From NCBI RefSeq assembly GCF_006345805.1, contig NC_043005.1, positions 49,538,001 through 49,602,000 of the forward strand: DNA of 64,000 nt, in the 5' to 3' direction. This DNA comes from Octopus sinensis. Lineage: Eukaryota. The notes below the pieces were generated by a model that saw only the letters and a list, made by a program, of their open reading frames with translations, searched no databases and had not been told where the DNA came from. Positions 38,870 through 52,413 of this stretch are shown one piece after another; within the stretch, counting starts at the first letter, position 1, and each line of letters opens with the position of its first letter. Both the position numbers and the translations under genes were made by a program.

Positions 38870-39269
38870 AATAATAATAATAATAATAATAATGATAATA
38901 ATAATAATAATAATAGTGCCGATGGCACGTTAAAAGCGCCATCCGACCGTGGCCGATGCCAGTGCCGCCCTGATTGGCTTTTTTTACGTTGGCACGTAAA
39001 AAGCACCAATATGATCATGGCTGTTGCCAGCCTCGTCTGGCACCTGTACCCGTGGCACGTAAAAAGCACCCACTACACTCATGGAGTGGTTGGCGTTAGG
39101 AAGGGCATCCAGCAGTAGAAACACTGCCAGATCAGACTGGAGCCTGGTGCAGCCTTCTGGCTTCCCAGATCCCGGTTGAACCGTCCAACCCATGCTAGCA
39201 TGGAAAACGGACGTTAAACGATGATGATGATGATAATGATGATGATGATGATGTTGTTATTATTATAAA

Positions 39270-39480
39270 GTACCAGGGCTTAGCCATTGAGTTACAGAGA
39301 CTATGGAAAGTGCAAGTAAAATGTACCCCTGTAGTCATAGCTGCATTAGAAACTATCCATAAAGATTTGAGCAGATGGATAGAGAAAATAGGTATAAAAC
39401 CTAGTTTAGTGTAGCTCCAGAAAACAGTGTCATTAGGGACACCTGGGATACTTAGGAAGGCTCTTGGCATCTAAGGTTAA
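39270..39480 (+). pseudogene. C-terminal fragment of an RLE-type (R2/R4/NeSL-like) non-LTR retrotransposon
   Basis: ELQRLWKVQVKCTPVVIAALETIHKDLSRWIEKIGIK...LQKTVSLGTPGILRKAL. Confidence 0.6.
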
Positions 39481-39957
39481 TTGTTGTAGCTCGATGTTAT
39501 GAAATTTTCTTTTCCAACAGTTTAATCTGTTGTGCATATGTAAAATAATAATAATATTTTACATATGACAATGATATATAGATATGATATAATCATACAT
39601 ATATATATAGACACAATAACAATTTACTGAAGTAGCCTAGTTTTACACCCAGATGCACACACCCAAATAAACCAGTTGATAAGCAAAAATGTTAAGAAAA
39701 CTACTTTTAATGGAAACATAAAAAGAAATAATCACAATGTGTATGTTTGTGTACATATATATATATGTATATATATAGATATATAGATATATATACATAT
39801 ACATATATATATATATATATATAATAATAATAATATTAGGGAGTAAATCCAAACTTACAGGGAAAAATTAGATTTAGGATTAAATCTAATTTTACAGTAT
39901 AAATATATATATTAAATTAGAGATAAAAGATTTGCCTAATAGTGGTTTTATCTCTAA

Positions 39958-40003
<46 letters not shown>

Positions 40004-40005
<2 letters not shown>

Positions 40006-40255
40006 CATATGATAAAATATTTTAATCTGAAATTCTGAATAAGGTTTATGAATACTACTCACAGCAGAAAGATAGTGATGTGTATGCGTATGTGTGTGCA
40101 TGCTGGTACACAAGCATAGAAATATATAATACATATGATAAAATATTTTAATCTGAAATTCTGAATAAGGTTTATGAATACTACTCACAGCAGAAAGATA
40201 GTGATGTGTATGCGTATGTGTGTGCATGCTGGTACACAAGCATAGAAATATATAA
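40004..40255 (+). repeat. Perfect 126-bp tandem duplication
   Basis: catatgataaaatattttaatctg starts at 40006 and again at 40132; the two copies read identical. Confidence 0.9.
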
Positions 40256-41171
40256 ATACATATATGCATACATAAATATATATATATATGTATGTGTGTG
40301 TGTGTTTGAGTGTGTGTATAGGTATGGTGATGCAAACAAGTAAAATAAAGCTCAAAATATGAGTGAAAGTTTATTTTTATTAGTATTTAGCAGAACCAAC
40401 AGAATAAATATACCCTCACTTATAGACACTGGCTGTCTGTGTCCAAGGGTTGGCTATGACTTAATACAAACAGCACAGCAATAATAAAGGAAAAGTTCAT
40501 GGGCATAACTTAATGCTCCATTATTACAGTTGTTACATATGTTTTAGTGTTTGGCAACACATGACATCCCACTATAGATGCAACCACTAGATGCAGCTTA
40601 TAGGGACAGCATGGAGCAAATGCATTGTCAGATTCTCAGGAAAGTAATATAAATTAGAGGCAAGCAGCAACCTAATTGAACCCTTTAGTATTCAAATTAC
40701 TCTCTGAAATTTAATACTCATTAATTCGCATTGTTTTGAATTAACCCTTCAAATTACCATTCAAATTATTCTGTTCATTAAAATGCTTTATTATTCAGTT
40801 ATTCTGTATTAATCATGCATCATCTTATAGCTGTGGCATTTAGATGAAGTAATTGTTTATTTTTATATTGACATCGTAGGGTAGGTGTGAGAGACCAAAT
40901 CTGACTGGTTTAAACACAAAGCAGGGAGAATATTTTGGTATGATATGGCGAGTTTAAATGCTAAAGGATTAATCATGCATTATCTTGTGACTTTGGAGAT
41001 TTAAATGATGTGATTGTATATTTTTAGAATGACATTGTTGGGTAGGTGTAAGAGGCCAGATTTTGACTGCTTGAACATAAAACAGATAGCATATTTGAGC
41101 TGGATATGGCTAGTTTAAATGCCAAAGGTCTAAACACATTGGAGGCATATGCCAGAGAAGGGGGATGGAGG

Positions 41172-41205
<34 letters not shown>

Positions 41206-41954
41206 TCAATGTATCATGTATCCGAAAAAGAAGCACACTCTAAAACATACAACAGTATTGTATCAAAAGCAATTGGGTCTTTGACTGGACATTGCCCCAA
41301 TTACTTTTAATATATATAAATATGTATACAGTTACACATACCCAAGAGCAGAATAAAACAAGAGATTTAGTTGATATTTTTACTACATCATAGATGACAT
41401 AATTTTTAAATATTTTTACACTATCAAATACTAGTATCTTGTGCAGTAATCATCACCTAGATGATTGCACAATCACATTGAAATGTCAGAACTTTAGAAG
41501 TAAATAGTATTTTAACTCACTGTTGTTTACTAACCCCAGTTGGTTGCCAGTGCTAGATAAGAACTGTATGTACATTTAGGAGAGAATTTTATATACAGAT
41601 AGACAGAAAGAAAGAAGGAAGAGAAAGTTTGTAGTGAGAGGGTGTCTTAGGAAATGAAGAAATCCAACAACAAAATTGTTGATTAAAGAGTATTTCAAGT
41701 TAACAATGATAAATGGTTCAGTTGCAGAGAAAAATAGGTTGGAATTTGGTTAATGAGAAGTTGCTGTATGTATGTCTACACACACATATATATGCACACA
41801 TTCACATGTATTCATATATGTATATAACATTTGTTTACTTACATCCACTGACATACATCAAAGCATACAAACTTACACATACAAAATGTAGTAAAAGTTC
41901 AAATACATACTCACCTATAATATAAGCACATGCACCTGACTTGAAGAGAGAGAG

Positions 41955-41990
<36 letters not shown>

Positions 41991-43222
41991 GAAGTGAGAG
42001 TGTGTAACTATACAAAGAACAAAAAAACTTAATGATTTGGTCAGTTTGTATTATTGTTTTCTATATTCTAAATGTTACCGATTTTAGGGCTATACATATT
42101 GGTTTCAAATTTTGGCACCAGGCCAGCAATTTCAGAGGGGTGACTTATTTTATTAACACCAAAACGATGAAAGGCAAAGTTGACCTTGGTGTAATTTGAA
42201 TTCAGAATGTAAATTTAGGGCTATAAATATTGATAAATATTAATTCAAGTGTTTATGATATTTTTAGTGTACATCTTATTTTAATAAAACTTATTTGCAG
42301 ATGTCAGAATATATCATAATATTTGTGAAATTTGGTGCTGTAGAGTAAGAGAATTTAACTGTGTACCTATTAAAAATGCAGTGATATCTTTAGTTTGGAA
42401 GAAAGTTCCTGCTTAATGTATAAATGAAAACTTCAGGTATATTAGTCCTAATAATTTTTCACTTATTGTGAGTTAAACCAAATTACATTCCTGTGTCTCA
42501 TTTTAACATTTTTGAGTTTTCATGGGTGGTAGTAATTTTCATGCAAATTATACCATAATTAATGCTTGTGGGTTTTTTTGAAGATGTGTTGCAGAATAGA
42601 TTATGATATTTTTTATCTTACCATTTAAGTCAGATTTTATATTAGTATTAAGTATGTTGTGGCCATCTGATTCAATCTTATTATTAGAATTGTGCATATA
42701 ATTTATTTTGCTACAGTTTTTAACTCTATCTTTAGCTGTATATTCACTCTTAAGATTTTTAGATTTGGTAAGTTCATTTGTTACTTTAATTAAAACTTCC
42801 TGATTATCTGCAAATTTATCAGTTTAGTTTCTGAGCATATCTGTATTTTACTATTTTTATGCCTGACACCTTCCTAGTTACATTATCATTTAATTGATTA
42901 TTTGGTATATTTTTATGTTTGGATGGTTGAGTTATATATATATTTACATACATATATTTATATCATAGGCATCGAAACAGTGGGTGCAAGTGCACTCCTA
43001 AAATTTTTGGTGGGCAATGAAAATGCTTTGAACACCCTCCTGAAAATCTGGATTTATATCCCCTAAGAAAATTTCATTGCTACACTTTAGCATATATACA
43101 TATATATATGTATATATATATATGCTAACATAGTAGGATACAGTACTGACTTATAAAGCCTTTAATATACTTGGTAGCATATTATGGTCACATAACAAAA
43201 TATTGTGTCCCTACAAGTAAAC

Positions 43223-43254
<32 letters not shown>

Positions 43255-43664
43255 TTCTTTTATTCTTTTACTTGTTTCAGTCATTTGACTGCGGCTATGC
43301 TGCAGCACTGCCTTTAGTCAAACAAATTGATCCCCAGGACTTATTCTTTGTAAACCTAGTACTTATTCTATCGATTTCTTTTGCCAAACTTCTATGTTAC
43401 AGGGATGTAAACACACCAACATCAGTTGTCAAGTGATAGGGGAGGGAGATGCACTCACAAATATATACATATTGATATATATATATAGAGAGAGAGATAT
43501 ATATACGATGGGCTTCTTTGAGTTTCTCTCTTCAAAATCCACTCACAAGGGTTTGGTCAGACTGAGGCTATAGTAGATGACAGTTGCTCAAAGTGCCATG
43601 CAATTGACTGAGCCTGGAACCATGAGCTTGCGAAGCAAGCTTCTTACCTCACAGCCACGCTGCA

Positions 43665-43712
<48 letters not shown>

Positions 43713-43769
43713 AGCACACACACACACATATATATATATATACATACATACACACGCACGCACATATGC

Positions 43770-44460
43770 AGGGTGCATTAGATATTCGTGGATAGATTTA
43801 TTTTTCTAAAACAACATATATATAATAACAAATAATAACTTTATTTATCAAAAAATGTAATGAGGATAAAAGCAAATCTTCTTTTCTATGATGTTATTCA
43901 ATAAAGCCACCTTCAGCTTCAACAACTGCTTCTATATGAGATCTAAATCATTTACATGCTTGAATCGAGTGGTTCTGGTTCCTTTTGGACATTACTCTGA
44001 CTATGGCAACTTTCAAAGGATCTTTGGTTTCATGGGCATGTTCATTGACCTCTCTCTCAGCAATGTTTCACATGTAATAGTCCAATGGATTGAGATCTGA
44101 GTAATTAGGAGTCCAAATGTTTGGAGTTATGTGATCATGAAAATTTTCTGCCATCCATTCCTGTGTTACTAGAGTCATGTGTGATAGTGCAGAGTCTTAT
44201 TAAAACACATATGGCCTTCTTTTGCATACACTATCTATCCAGGGATTAACAATTATTTCCAGGACCTCAATGTAGGTGTCAGAGTTAACTCTAAGGCCTT
44301 GTGGAATGTAGTAAGGGGGCATCACATCTCCTTCATTGCTGGTAACTTCTAAAACCATGACAGTTGCAGGAAATTTTGTATGCATAACACTTGGAACTTC
44401 AAAAGGGTCTGCACATAACCATCTGTCATTTCTTCTGCTAACTTTTTGATCTTAGTTGAA
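43770..44460 (-). pseudogene. Decayed Tc1/mariner-superfamily (maT/rosa-like) transposon 3' half
   Basis: HTKFPATVMVLEVTSNEGDVMPPYYIPQGLRVNSDTYIEVLEIIVNPWIDSVCKRRPYVF, followed by decayed HITPNIWTPN.SDLNPLDY. Confidence 0.75.
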
Positions 44461-44635
44461 GTTTTTCTCATTTGAGAAGCACCAAATCAAATCTTCTTCT
44501 GCTGGATTTTTTGTATGTACTGACTACTTGGTAGAATTATTTCTAATTTTACCCTACCCTATATTATATATATATATATATATTACATACACACACACAT
44601 ACATACATACATACATACATACATACATACATACA

Positions 44636-44666
<31 letters not shown>

Positions 44667-45836
44667 GTAGAGAGAGACATAGAGACACACAGAGAGAAAT
44701 TTGCGTATAAATATATACATATAAACATAAATGCCAAGGTACATATAAATATAGTTGCTTACAAATATGAATATATATGTTTACACATATAAATACATAT
44801 GTTTACATACACACTCACACATATTTTTAAATGTGCATGTGAGAGAGAGAGAGAGAAAGAGAGAGTGTGTGTGTATGTGTACAGGGAGAGAGATTTACAT
44901 ATATAAATATATATATTTACATATATGCTTACATACACACATACATACATACATAGACACACACACATGTGTGTGTATTTACATATGAACATGTCTTAAT
45001 ACACATGCACACACACACACACACACGTACACACACACACACACACGCACACATACACACACACAGACATATCATCTATATCACTGTATCAACTAGACTA
45101 TCAGATATTGTTATACATTGATGGTTACAAGCATTTCCAATTCTTTCTTAACTGCACCTGTGTTTCCATCTGGACCTAAATTGTTTTACTAATTATTCTT
45201 CCCATCATTCTCATCCAAGTAGCCTTTTCTCATCTTTCGGATACAACTTGGCTACTACACAAGTCCATGAGGTGTCTGTGAACCTTGCAACATGTCCAAA
45301 CCAGTGGAATTTATGCATTTGGTACTCTGCAACCACATCATTCACTGTTCATCAATTCTCAATTTACCTCATCTTGAGTATGCTCTTACCATGATAGTCA
45401 TCGTATGGATCTTTCCATGCCACTTTACATCATAGTCAATTGATGTTCTTTCCTCTTCATAGTGGCCCACATCTCACCTGTACACAAGAGCACAGGTCAA
45501 GTGGTACCACCAAAGGAACTGTCATTAAAAATCAAGCTATTTCTAAATCGCTATACCCAGCCTTCATAACCACAATAACAACATGCCTCTTCATTTCTCG
45601 AGTAAGCTGAGGATCTGCCATTATTATTTTCTGAAACAAAGATTATACAGAGTTAGCAAAAGAAGCTTCTGTTTTGCCTTGAACACATCTTTCATCAAGG
45701 TAAATGTCTTGTAATTTGGATATATATATATATATTAGATAAATTGTATTGTATATACCTGGTAGCTTACCAGTAAAGCATGTTCACTTTCACAGTGTTT
45801 GTTGGGTATTTGATTAATGAGAGAGATGGAATATGG

Positions 45837-45977
45837 AAGATACATGATTGTTTATTGATGATTACAATTGTTTTGACCCATCTAGCATTATCTCTCATGG
45901 GTGGAATAGTGAACAACTGGTTTAGGAGTATCTGTCGGTGTAGATGTGTATTTTCAGGTGATTACAAGATGTATCTT
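45837..45977 (-). ncRNA. Degenerate second copy of the 28.5-kb hammerhead
   Basis: Same repeat (about 45815-46063 vs 28495-28733). Core reads CTGAAAA...AAAAC-AATT-GTA (G8A, G12A). Outer stem AAGATACAT/ATGTATCTT is perfect. Confidence 0.55.
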
Positions 45978-46729
45978 GTTAAAATAACATCTTTTTCACA
46001 AGTTTTCTTCTTGGTATGTGTATAGAAAAGCAGCAAATTAAGGGATACAGCTTCATTTTTATAGTAGATCACTAAAAGTCAGATGCAGGAAGAAACATAT
46101 ACACAATACAGCAAAAAACTATTAAATAAATAAATAAACAAACCAGTTAAATATTTGTTATCCACTTGTCTCACTCAAGGTGCTTTAAACTGGAAAGCTT
46201 CTTAAATTTGCATATTGCATCTAACTGCTAAGAAGAGGAAGGCAAAAAGAAAAGTGAAATAATGTAAATACAGAAAATAATGCATCATATGGTACTTAAT
46301 ACAACAAATAAAAACCAAACCAAATAAAAGTTACATGAATATAAAAAATAACACTTTTATACTATAAATAAAATATTTTTTCTTTGTTTGTATCCTGTCA
46401 TGAGTATTTTTGACAACCTGATTTGTACCTGGATCATACAGGTACTTAATCAAAATTTACTCTGTATTTATAATAGTCTGAAATAATTTCTTTGCTTGCT
46501 AACTACTGGTGAGATAATAGTTGTTTTCGTCTCAAGTAAATTGTTTAATTATGTCTGTACATCTGTGAGTGTGACTATTGAGTTAAAATTTTTCTAAGTT
46601 GGCCGTGTAAGTGTTTGCCCCAATTTTTTTTCTGTTTACACACTTTCTGTTTTTTGTCTTAAGCACAGTCTCTTTTGGAGATTTCCCTATATAAAAAAAA
46701 TCAATCTTAGCTTTGGATAGTTTACATAG

Positions 46730-47080
46730 GAAATGGATTCCTGTGAAATAGCTTTTGATGAAGATAAAAAGGAAACTGAGACTTCTTCAATTACTGATGA
46801 CATCTCAGTATCACAATGCCAAGACAAAATACAAACTGATTTTCGGAGAAGACTTCAAGAAGAATGTAGTCTAATGGAAGAGGGTTCAAGTTCAGAGAAC
46901 AGAGATGATGAACTGATAAAAACGAAAAAAATTCCTACAAAAGACATTATATGCCCTTCAAAAACCCCATCGACATTTCATTGTGATGTTGCAATTTGTC
47001 CACAGACAGGGTTACTTTATTGTCCACTGGATGGTCTGAATGGAATCAATTTTACAGTTGATATAAGACAATCATTACAG
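46730..47080 (+). CDS. Coding exon C ((E)MDSCEIAFDED...DIRQSLQ, 116-117 codons)
   Basis: Acidic, protein-like frame. Phase-0 acceptor tttacatag|GAA ATG at 46729/46730, or ATG 46733 as a start. Ends CAG|GTGTGT at 47080/47081, phase 0; the hydrophobic ORF-track tail beyond is intron-like. Confidence 0.7.
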
Positions 47081-50000
47081 GTGTGTTTTGCATTAATTTT
47101 GATGTGTTATGGTAATTACAGGTTAGTTCTATGTTGTTATGTTACTTCAAATGTTTGCAGACTTCATGTTTACAAGAAATCCTGTCAATTTTCTAAACAA
47201 TCCTCTCCACTTTACATAGATTGTAAATTCATGTTATTCATATTGAACTTGGGAGAGAGTATTTCACACATTTACTGCTTTAGCATTCAATTTATTCTGT
47301 TAAATGTAATACTTATTTTATTCAAATTGTTTTCAATTAATCATTCATTATATCGTAACTTCAAGATTCCAATGATGATATTGTATATCTTTAGAATGAC
47401 ATTGTAAGATAGGTGTGAGAGATCAGATGTGGTCAGTTTGAACATAAAACAGGTCAAATATTTGGGCTGGACATGGTTGATTTGAATGCTAAAAAGTTAA
47501 GATTATCAGTTGTCATGTAAATTAGTTAATTTTCTTATATTCATTTGCTTAGAATTAATACATAAAGATACTTTTAAAGATATGTACAAGAAAATATTTA
47601 AGAAAATCTATCATCATATTCAATAACATGTATAGAAATGCAACCTGTCTGAATGCAGCTCTCCTAATCACCAGCAATCTTTGCCTTTATTATCTTTGTT
47701 ATAATGATTACTTCATGATAATGAATGTTCCAGCTGATTCAGTTGACAGAGCGGTGCTCTTAAAATTAATGCGCAAGAGGCTGAGAACTCTACAGACATG
47801 CATACCCTTAACATAGTTTTCAGGGAGATTCAGCATGATGCAGAGTGGGTCAAGGTTGGTCCTTTGAAACCCACAAAGAATTCATGTGTACGTGCGCATG
47901 TGTGTGTGTGTGCGCATGCGTGTATGTGTGCGCGCATGTGTGTGCATGTATGGGTGTGTGCACACATGCGTGTGTGTGTGATATAACTTATGTGTTTGGT
48001 TGTTATTTTTCCACATGTAAAATATAAAATGGTCATTATGCATTTAGAGGAAGTGGATAACATTGTAAATATTGGATAACATTGTAAATATTGGATAACA
48101 TTGTAAATATGTTTAGTGCCTATATTTAGTTCTGTAACATGGTTTCCTATTAATATTTGGGTATGTATTTATAATAATACTCGTACACATATATACATAT
48201 ACTTGCATATATACATATATATAGATGCATACAGACACATATAACAATTACAACAGAAAACCTGTTAGGAAAATAACTTTAAATAACATTATCAAATATT
48301 GACTGTGTCATATAAGAAGCACTTGTGCTGGTGCCATGTAAAGAACACCCATACTGGTGCTGCATAAAAAGCACCCGTGCTGGTGCCAAAGATGTTAAAT
48401 GCTGATGATAACTAGAAAGAAGAAAATAATACCTAAAGATGCTTAATATCTAAAAAAAAAAAAACCATTTACTTGAAACAACAAGTTAGGAGCATTATCA
48501 CAATAAAAATAAGAATTATCAACCAAAACTATCTTTGTACAGTGGAATTGTACAGTGGACAAATCATTGAGTTACTATTTTCCACATTTGTCAATGATGA
48601 CATTTGTGTTTCAATAATAAATAAATAACAATCTATTTGCAAAGTTTTAAATCATACACTACCCTCCCATTATGTTTTTATCATGTTTTTTTTTTCTTTT
48701 TGGTTTCTTTTTTCTCTTATATGTCAAAATTGTCCTTCTGTTTTCATGTTTTGAATATCAAAAATTTGGAATGTTTTATTAGATTTTCTTCCCAGTTATT
48801 TTTTGTTTGTCAAAAAAATACCCAATCTAAATAATGTGTATCCAGTAATGAATGCAACTGTACTGCACACATAATTCTTATTAAAGGTTATGAGAAATTA
48901 TCAAAGAATTTTTGTTAAAGCAAAATACCTGAATCAAATGATAAAAATTACATGAATCCCAATAATAAAAACATTAGTGAAATATTTCGCCACTTTCTAT
49001 AATGATTAGTGAAAATTTTCATACAATAGTTTTTTTCATTTCCTTTTAGTCTGTCTGTGATGAGGTTTCTATATCTCCTCTCTAAATAAAGATAAATCTG
49101 GAGGGTTTTTTTTACAAAAACTGCTTCAAAAACCCTTCTCTTCTGTTTTACTACTTTTTGTTTTGTAATGATTCTTTATGGCAGCTCCACAAAGGGAAAT
49201 ATTTTAAAATTAAGCACCTAATGCTAATGTGAACAGACTATCAAATGTTGTGATATATTGCTGATCACAATGTACTTCCATTCTTTCTTTGAATATACTT
49301 TTCTCATTTTTACGGGTCAATATATTTTGAACAGTTCATCTTCTCATTATGAAGGAGGTTTTCCAAGTGGTCTTTTCTGATCCCTTGGATACCACTCAAC
49401 AACAAGTTTATCTGTTGTCTGTGATCCTTGCAACATGTCTAACCCAGCGGAACTTGTGTCTTTTGGTATTCTGAAATCACATTGTTCACTTCACCTCATG
49501 CTCAAATTATCTCATTTTGGTTATGGTCTTGCTATGATATTCTTTGCATAGCTCTTTCCATGGCCCTCTGTGTCGCAGTTTGTTACTATTCTTATTTCTT
49601 ATTTCTTTGTGGCAGCCCATAACTCTCTCCAGCGCTGCATTTACCTCAATACTGCCAAAAGCCTTTACATAATCAATGAAGATGACCCCAAAGAGGTGAC
49701 TGGCACTCTTTCAGTCATTGCAGAAGCAGTGTTAGAGTGATCATTCTTCCAAAAACCTGTTTGTTCCCTTGGTTGCTAGTCAGCAAAATACTTCAACAGT
49801 CTGTTGCCTAAATAGCTTGTAGATATGAGACAATAATAGTTTGTTAAATTTTCTCTATCGCCCTTCTTATAAAGTTAGTCCTCATTACTCCATAAGATGC
49901 ATAGGGTTAGTATCCTGGTTTCTCTGGCAAATATATTCCTCTGTTGAATAGGTTGCCAGTCTATCACCAAATTACTCATTTTTACCAGCTGAATAGACTG

Positions 50001-52127
50001 GAGCAACATAAAATGAAGTGTTTTGGTCAAGAACACAACACATTGCCCAGTCCAGGAATCAAAACCACAATCTTATTATCATGAGTCCAACACCCTATCC
50101 ACTATGCCACCATGCACTGCCACTCATCTTATAAAGCAAGATTATATTTCACTCCTTCCACAGCAAGGGTATTTTTCTCTCTCAAATATCAATTGAAACA
50201 TGGATCAAGGACTTCTTGCTCTCTTCCCCCTCCTCTACTCTTTAGCATTTCTGTTGTTACACCATCTTTCCCCGGGGCTTTATCTCTTCATCAACTTTAA
50301 AGTATTCTCTGTTTCTCTGACCAAATTGGGTGGCACTTCTTCCAGTACTTGTGACAGTGGAAGATTGGATACCAATGATGATTTAAACAGATTGATGTAA
50401 AAGGTTTCACTAACCTTTTCTATCTCCCTTTTTTCCATCACCATGAACCAGTCTTTGTTCTTGAACACCATTACCTCTGATTTATGTAGCACCTTTTCTC
50501 TCCTGCATCTCTTTAAAACTTTCATCTCTTCTGCAACCTACAACAGCTGCTTCAGTCTGTAGTTCTTAAAGTCTCTTTCTGAATGTTGTCTTATTGTCTC
50601 ACAGAGAACAAAATACTCAAGGTAAGCTTCCATGTCCTTTTCCATAGTCTTCCATTTCTTAAGCACTTTCATTTTTCAAAATGAAAGAATCTCAGAGGAA
50701 ACTAGGAATATATATACATATGCATTTGTAAATAGGCATAATTGCATGTACATATGCACTTATTGAGGAATACATAAATGCAAGTATAATCAGGATAACT
50801 GGAAACAGTACAAAAGGCTGATCTCAAGACAATGTGCCTTACAAAAGAGATGACTAAGGACTGAGATATCTGGTGCACTTTTATACTCAAGAAGACCTGT
50901 CCTCTACACATAGCAGAATTGAACCTGGTGCTGATACCACATGAAAAACACCCAGTACACTCTATGGAGTGGCTGGCATTAGGAAGGGCATCCATCTATA
51001 GAAATCATGGCAGAGCAGACAATGGAGCCTGGTGTGGCTCTGGCCTTACCAGCTCCAGTCAAACCATCTGAACCATGCCAGCATGGAAAACAGATGTTAA
51101 ATGATGATGATGGTGACACATACTTACTTCCTTAGTTATTATCATATTTCTACATAAATGTATATAGAAACATGCATGCACACACACACACACACACCAC
51201 ACACACACACATACACACACACACACATACACACACACACTGGTGTGTGCGCATGTGAGCATGCACATGGAAACAGGACAAGCACCTAATATTGAAAATG
51301 TACTCATCCTGTTGCAGGTCTAGAAAAAAAAAAAATGTTTATCAACTGATACTTGATAGGAAGTACTTTGCTCCAAGCATTTCAAGATTAAGCAATAAAT
51401 ATCAAACATTATATGCAAGTATAGATATCACTGGAAAATTCAATTTATATATTCATATCCGTTTCAAAAGACGTTTTTTATCTTAATTTCATGAATTTTT
51501 CAATGGCAAAAAAAAAAACAGGTTAGAAAATGTAATCAAATTGAAATAAATTCTGTCAAACTTGAGTATAGTTGCATGTTAAGTTTAATAATACATACAG
51601 ACACTAACTAATAATTATGAGTCACCAATGGAACCTCTACGTGGTTGCTCAATCTGCTAGAAATAGGCAAATTTGCTTCGAATCACTCCTACTATTTTAA
51701 ATATTGAATGAACACATTTGACAATGTAGTCCCTCATGCCACATATTGCTATCTTAAAAAAGAAACAACACATAACGTAGCCTTAGAAACTCTGTTTCTG
51801 AAAAAAATATAAACCTTGATCATCGTGGTTGGAATGTCTTTGATCATAGGTTTGCTCAATCAGGGCTGCCCGAAGAGAAGACATCAACAATAAATTCTTA
51901 GTCCTTTATGTTAACATATAAGTGTGGGTATGGCCGTACTGTGAGAAGCTTTCTTTCAAACCACATGCTTTCAGGTTCAGTCCCACTGTGTGACACTTTG
52001 GGCAAGTGCCTTCTGCTATAAGCTCTAGGACAACCAAAGTCTTGTGAGCGGATTTGGTCAACAAAATTGAAAGAAGCTCGTTGTGTGTGTGTGTGTGTAT
52101 GTATATATATATATATAATGAATGAGG

Positions 52128-52413
52128 AAAATGGAAAATTGAGTTAGCAAGAATCTTCATTCAACACAACAATTGTTTTGATGCATCCTGCATCTGTCCC
52201 TTACAAGTGGGATATTGCACAGCTAGTTGTGCTGCATCCATCTTTGCAGGCTGCATCTTGTCATTCAAAACATGACACTGATGAGATACAGCCTTCAAAG
52301 ATAAATGCAACTCAACTAGCTGTACAATATCCCACCTATAAGAGATAGATGCAGGATGTATTGAAATAATCATTTCAATGAATAAAGATTCTTGCTAACT
52401 CCATTTTCCATTT
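52128..52413. repeat. ~285-bp foldback hairpin (MITE-like)
   Basis: aatggaaaattgagttagcaagaatc...gtgggatattgcacagctagttg pairs with caactagctgtacaatatcccac...gattcttgctaactccattttccatt. Confidence 0.85.

Noticed and set aside
51275-51308. Minus-strand candidate exon (DLQQDEYIFNI) after a (T)12-ctag acceptor
   Set aside because: Weak donor (GTGCTT), no partner exon found, and a poly-T run can mimic an acceptor.
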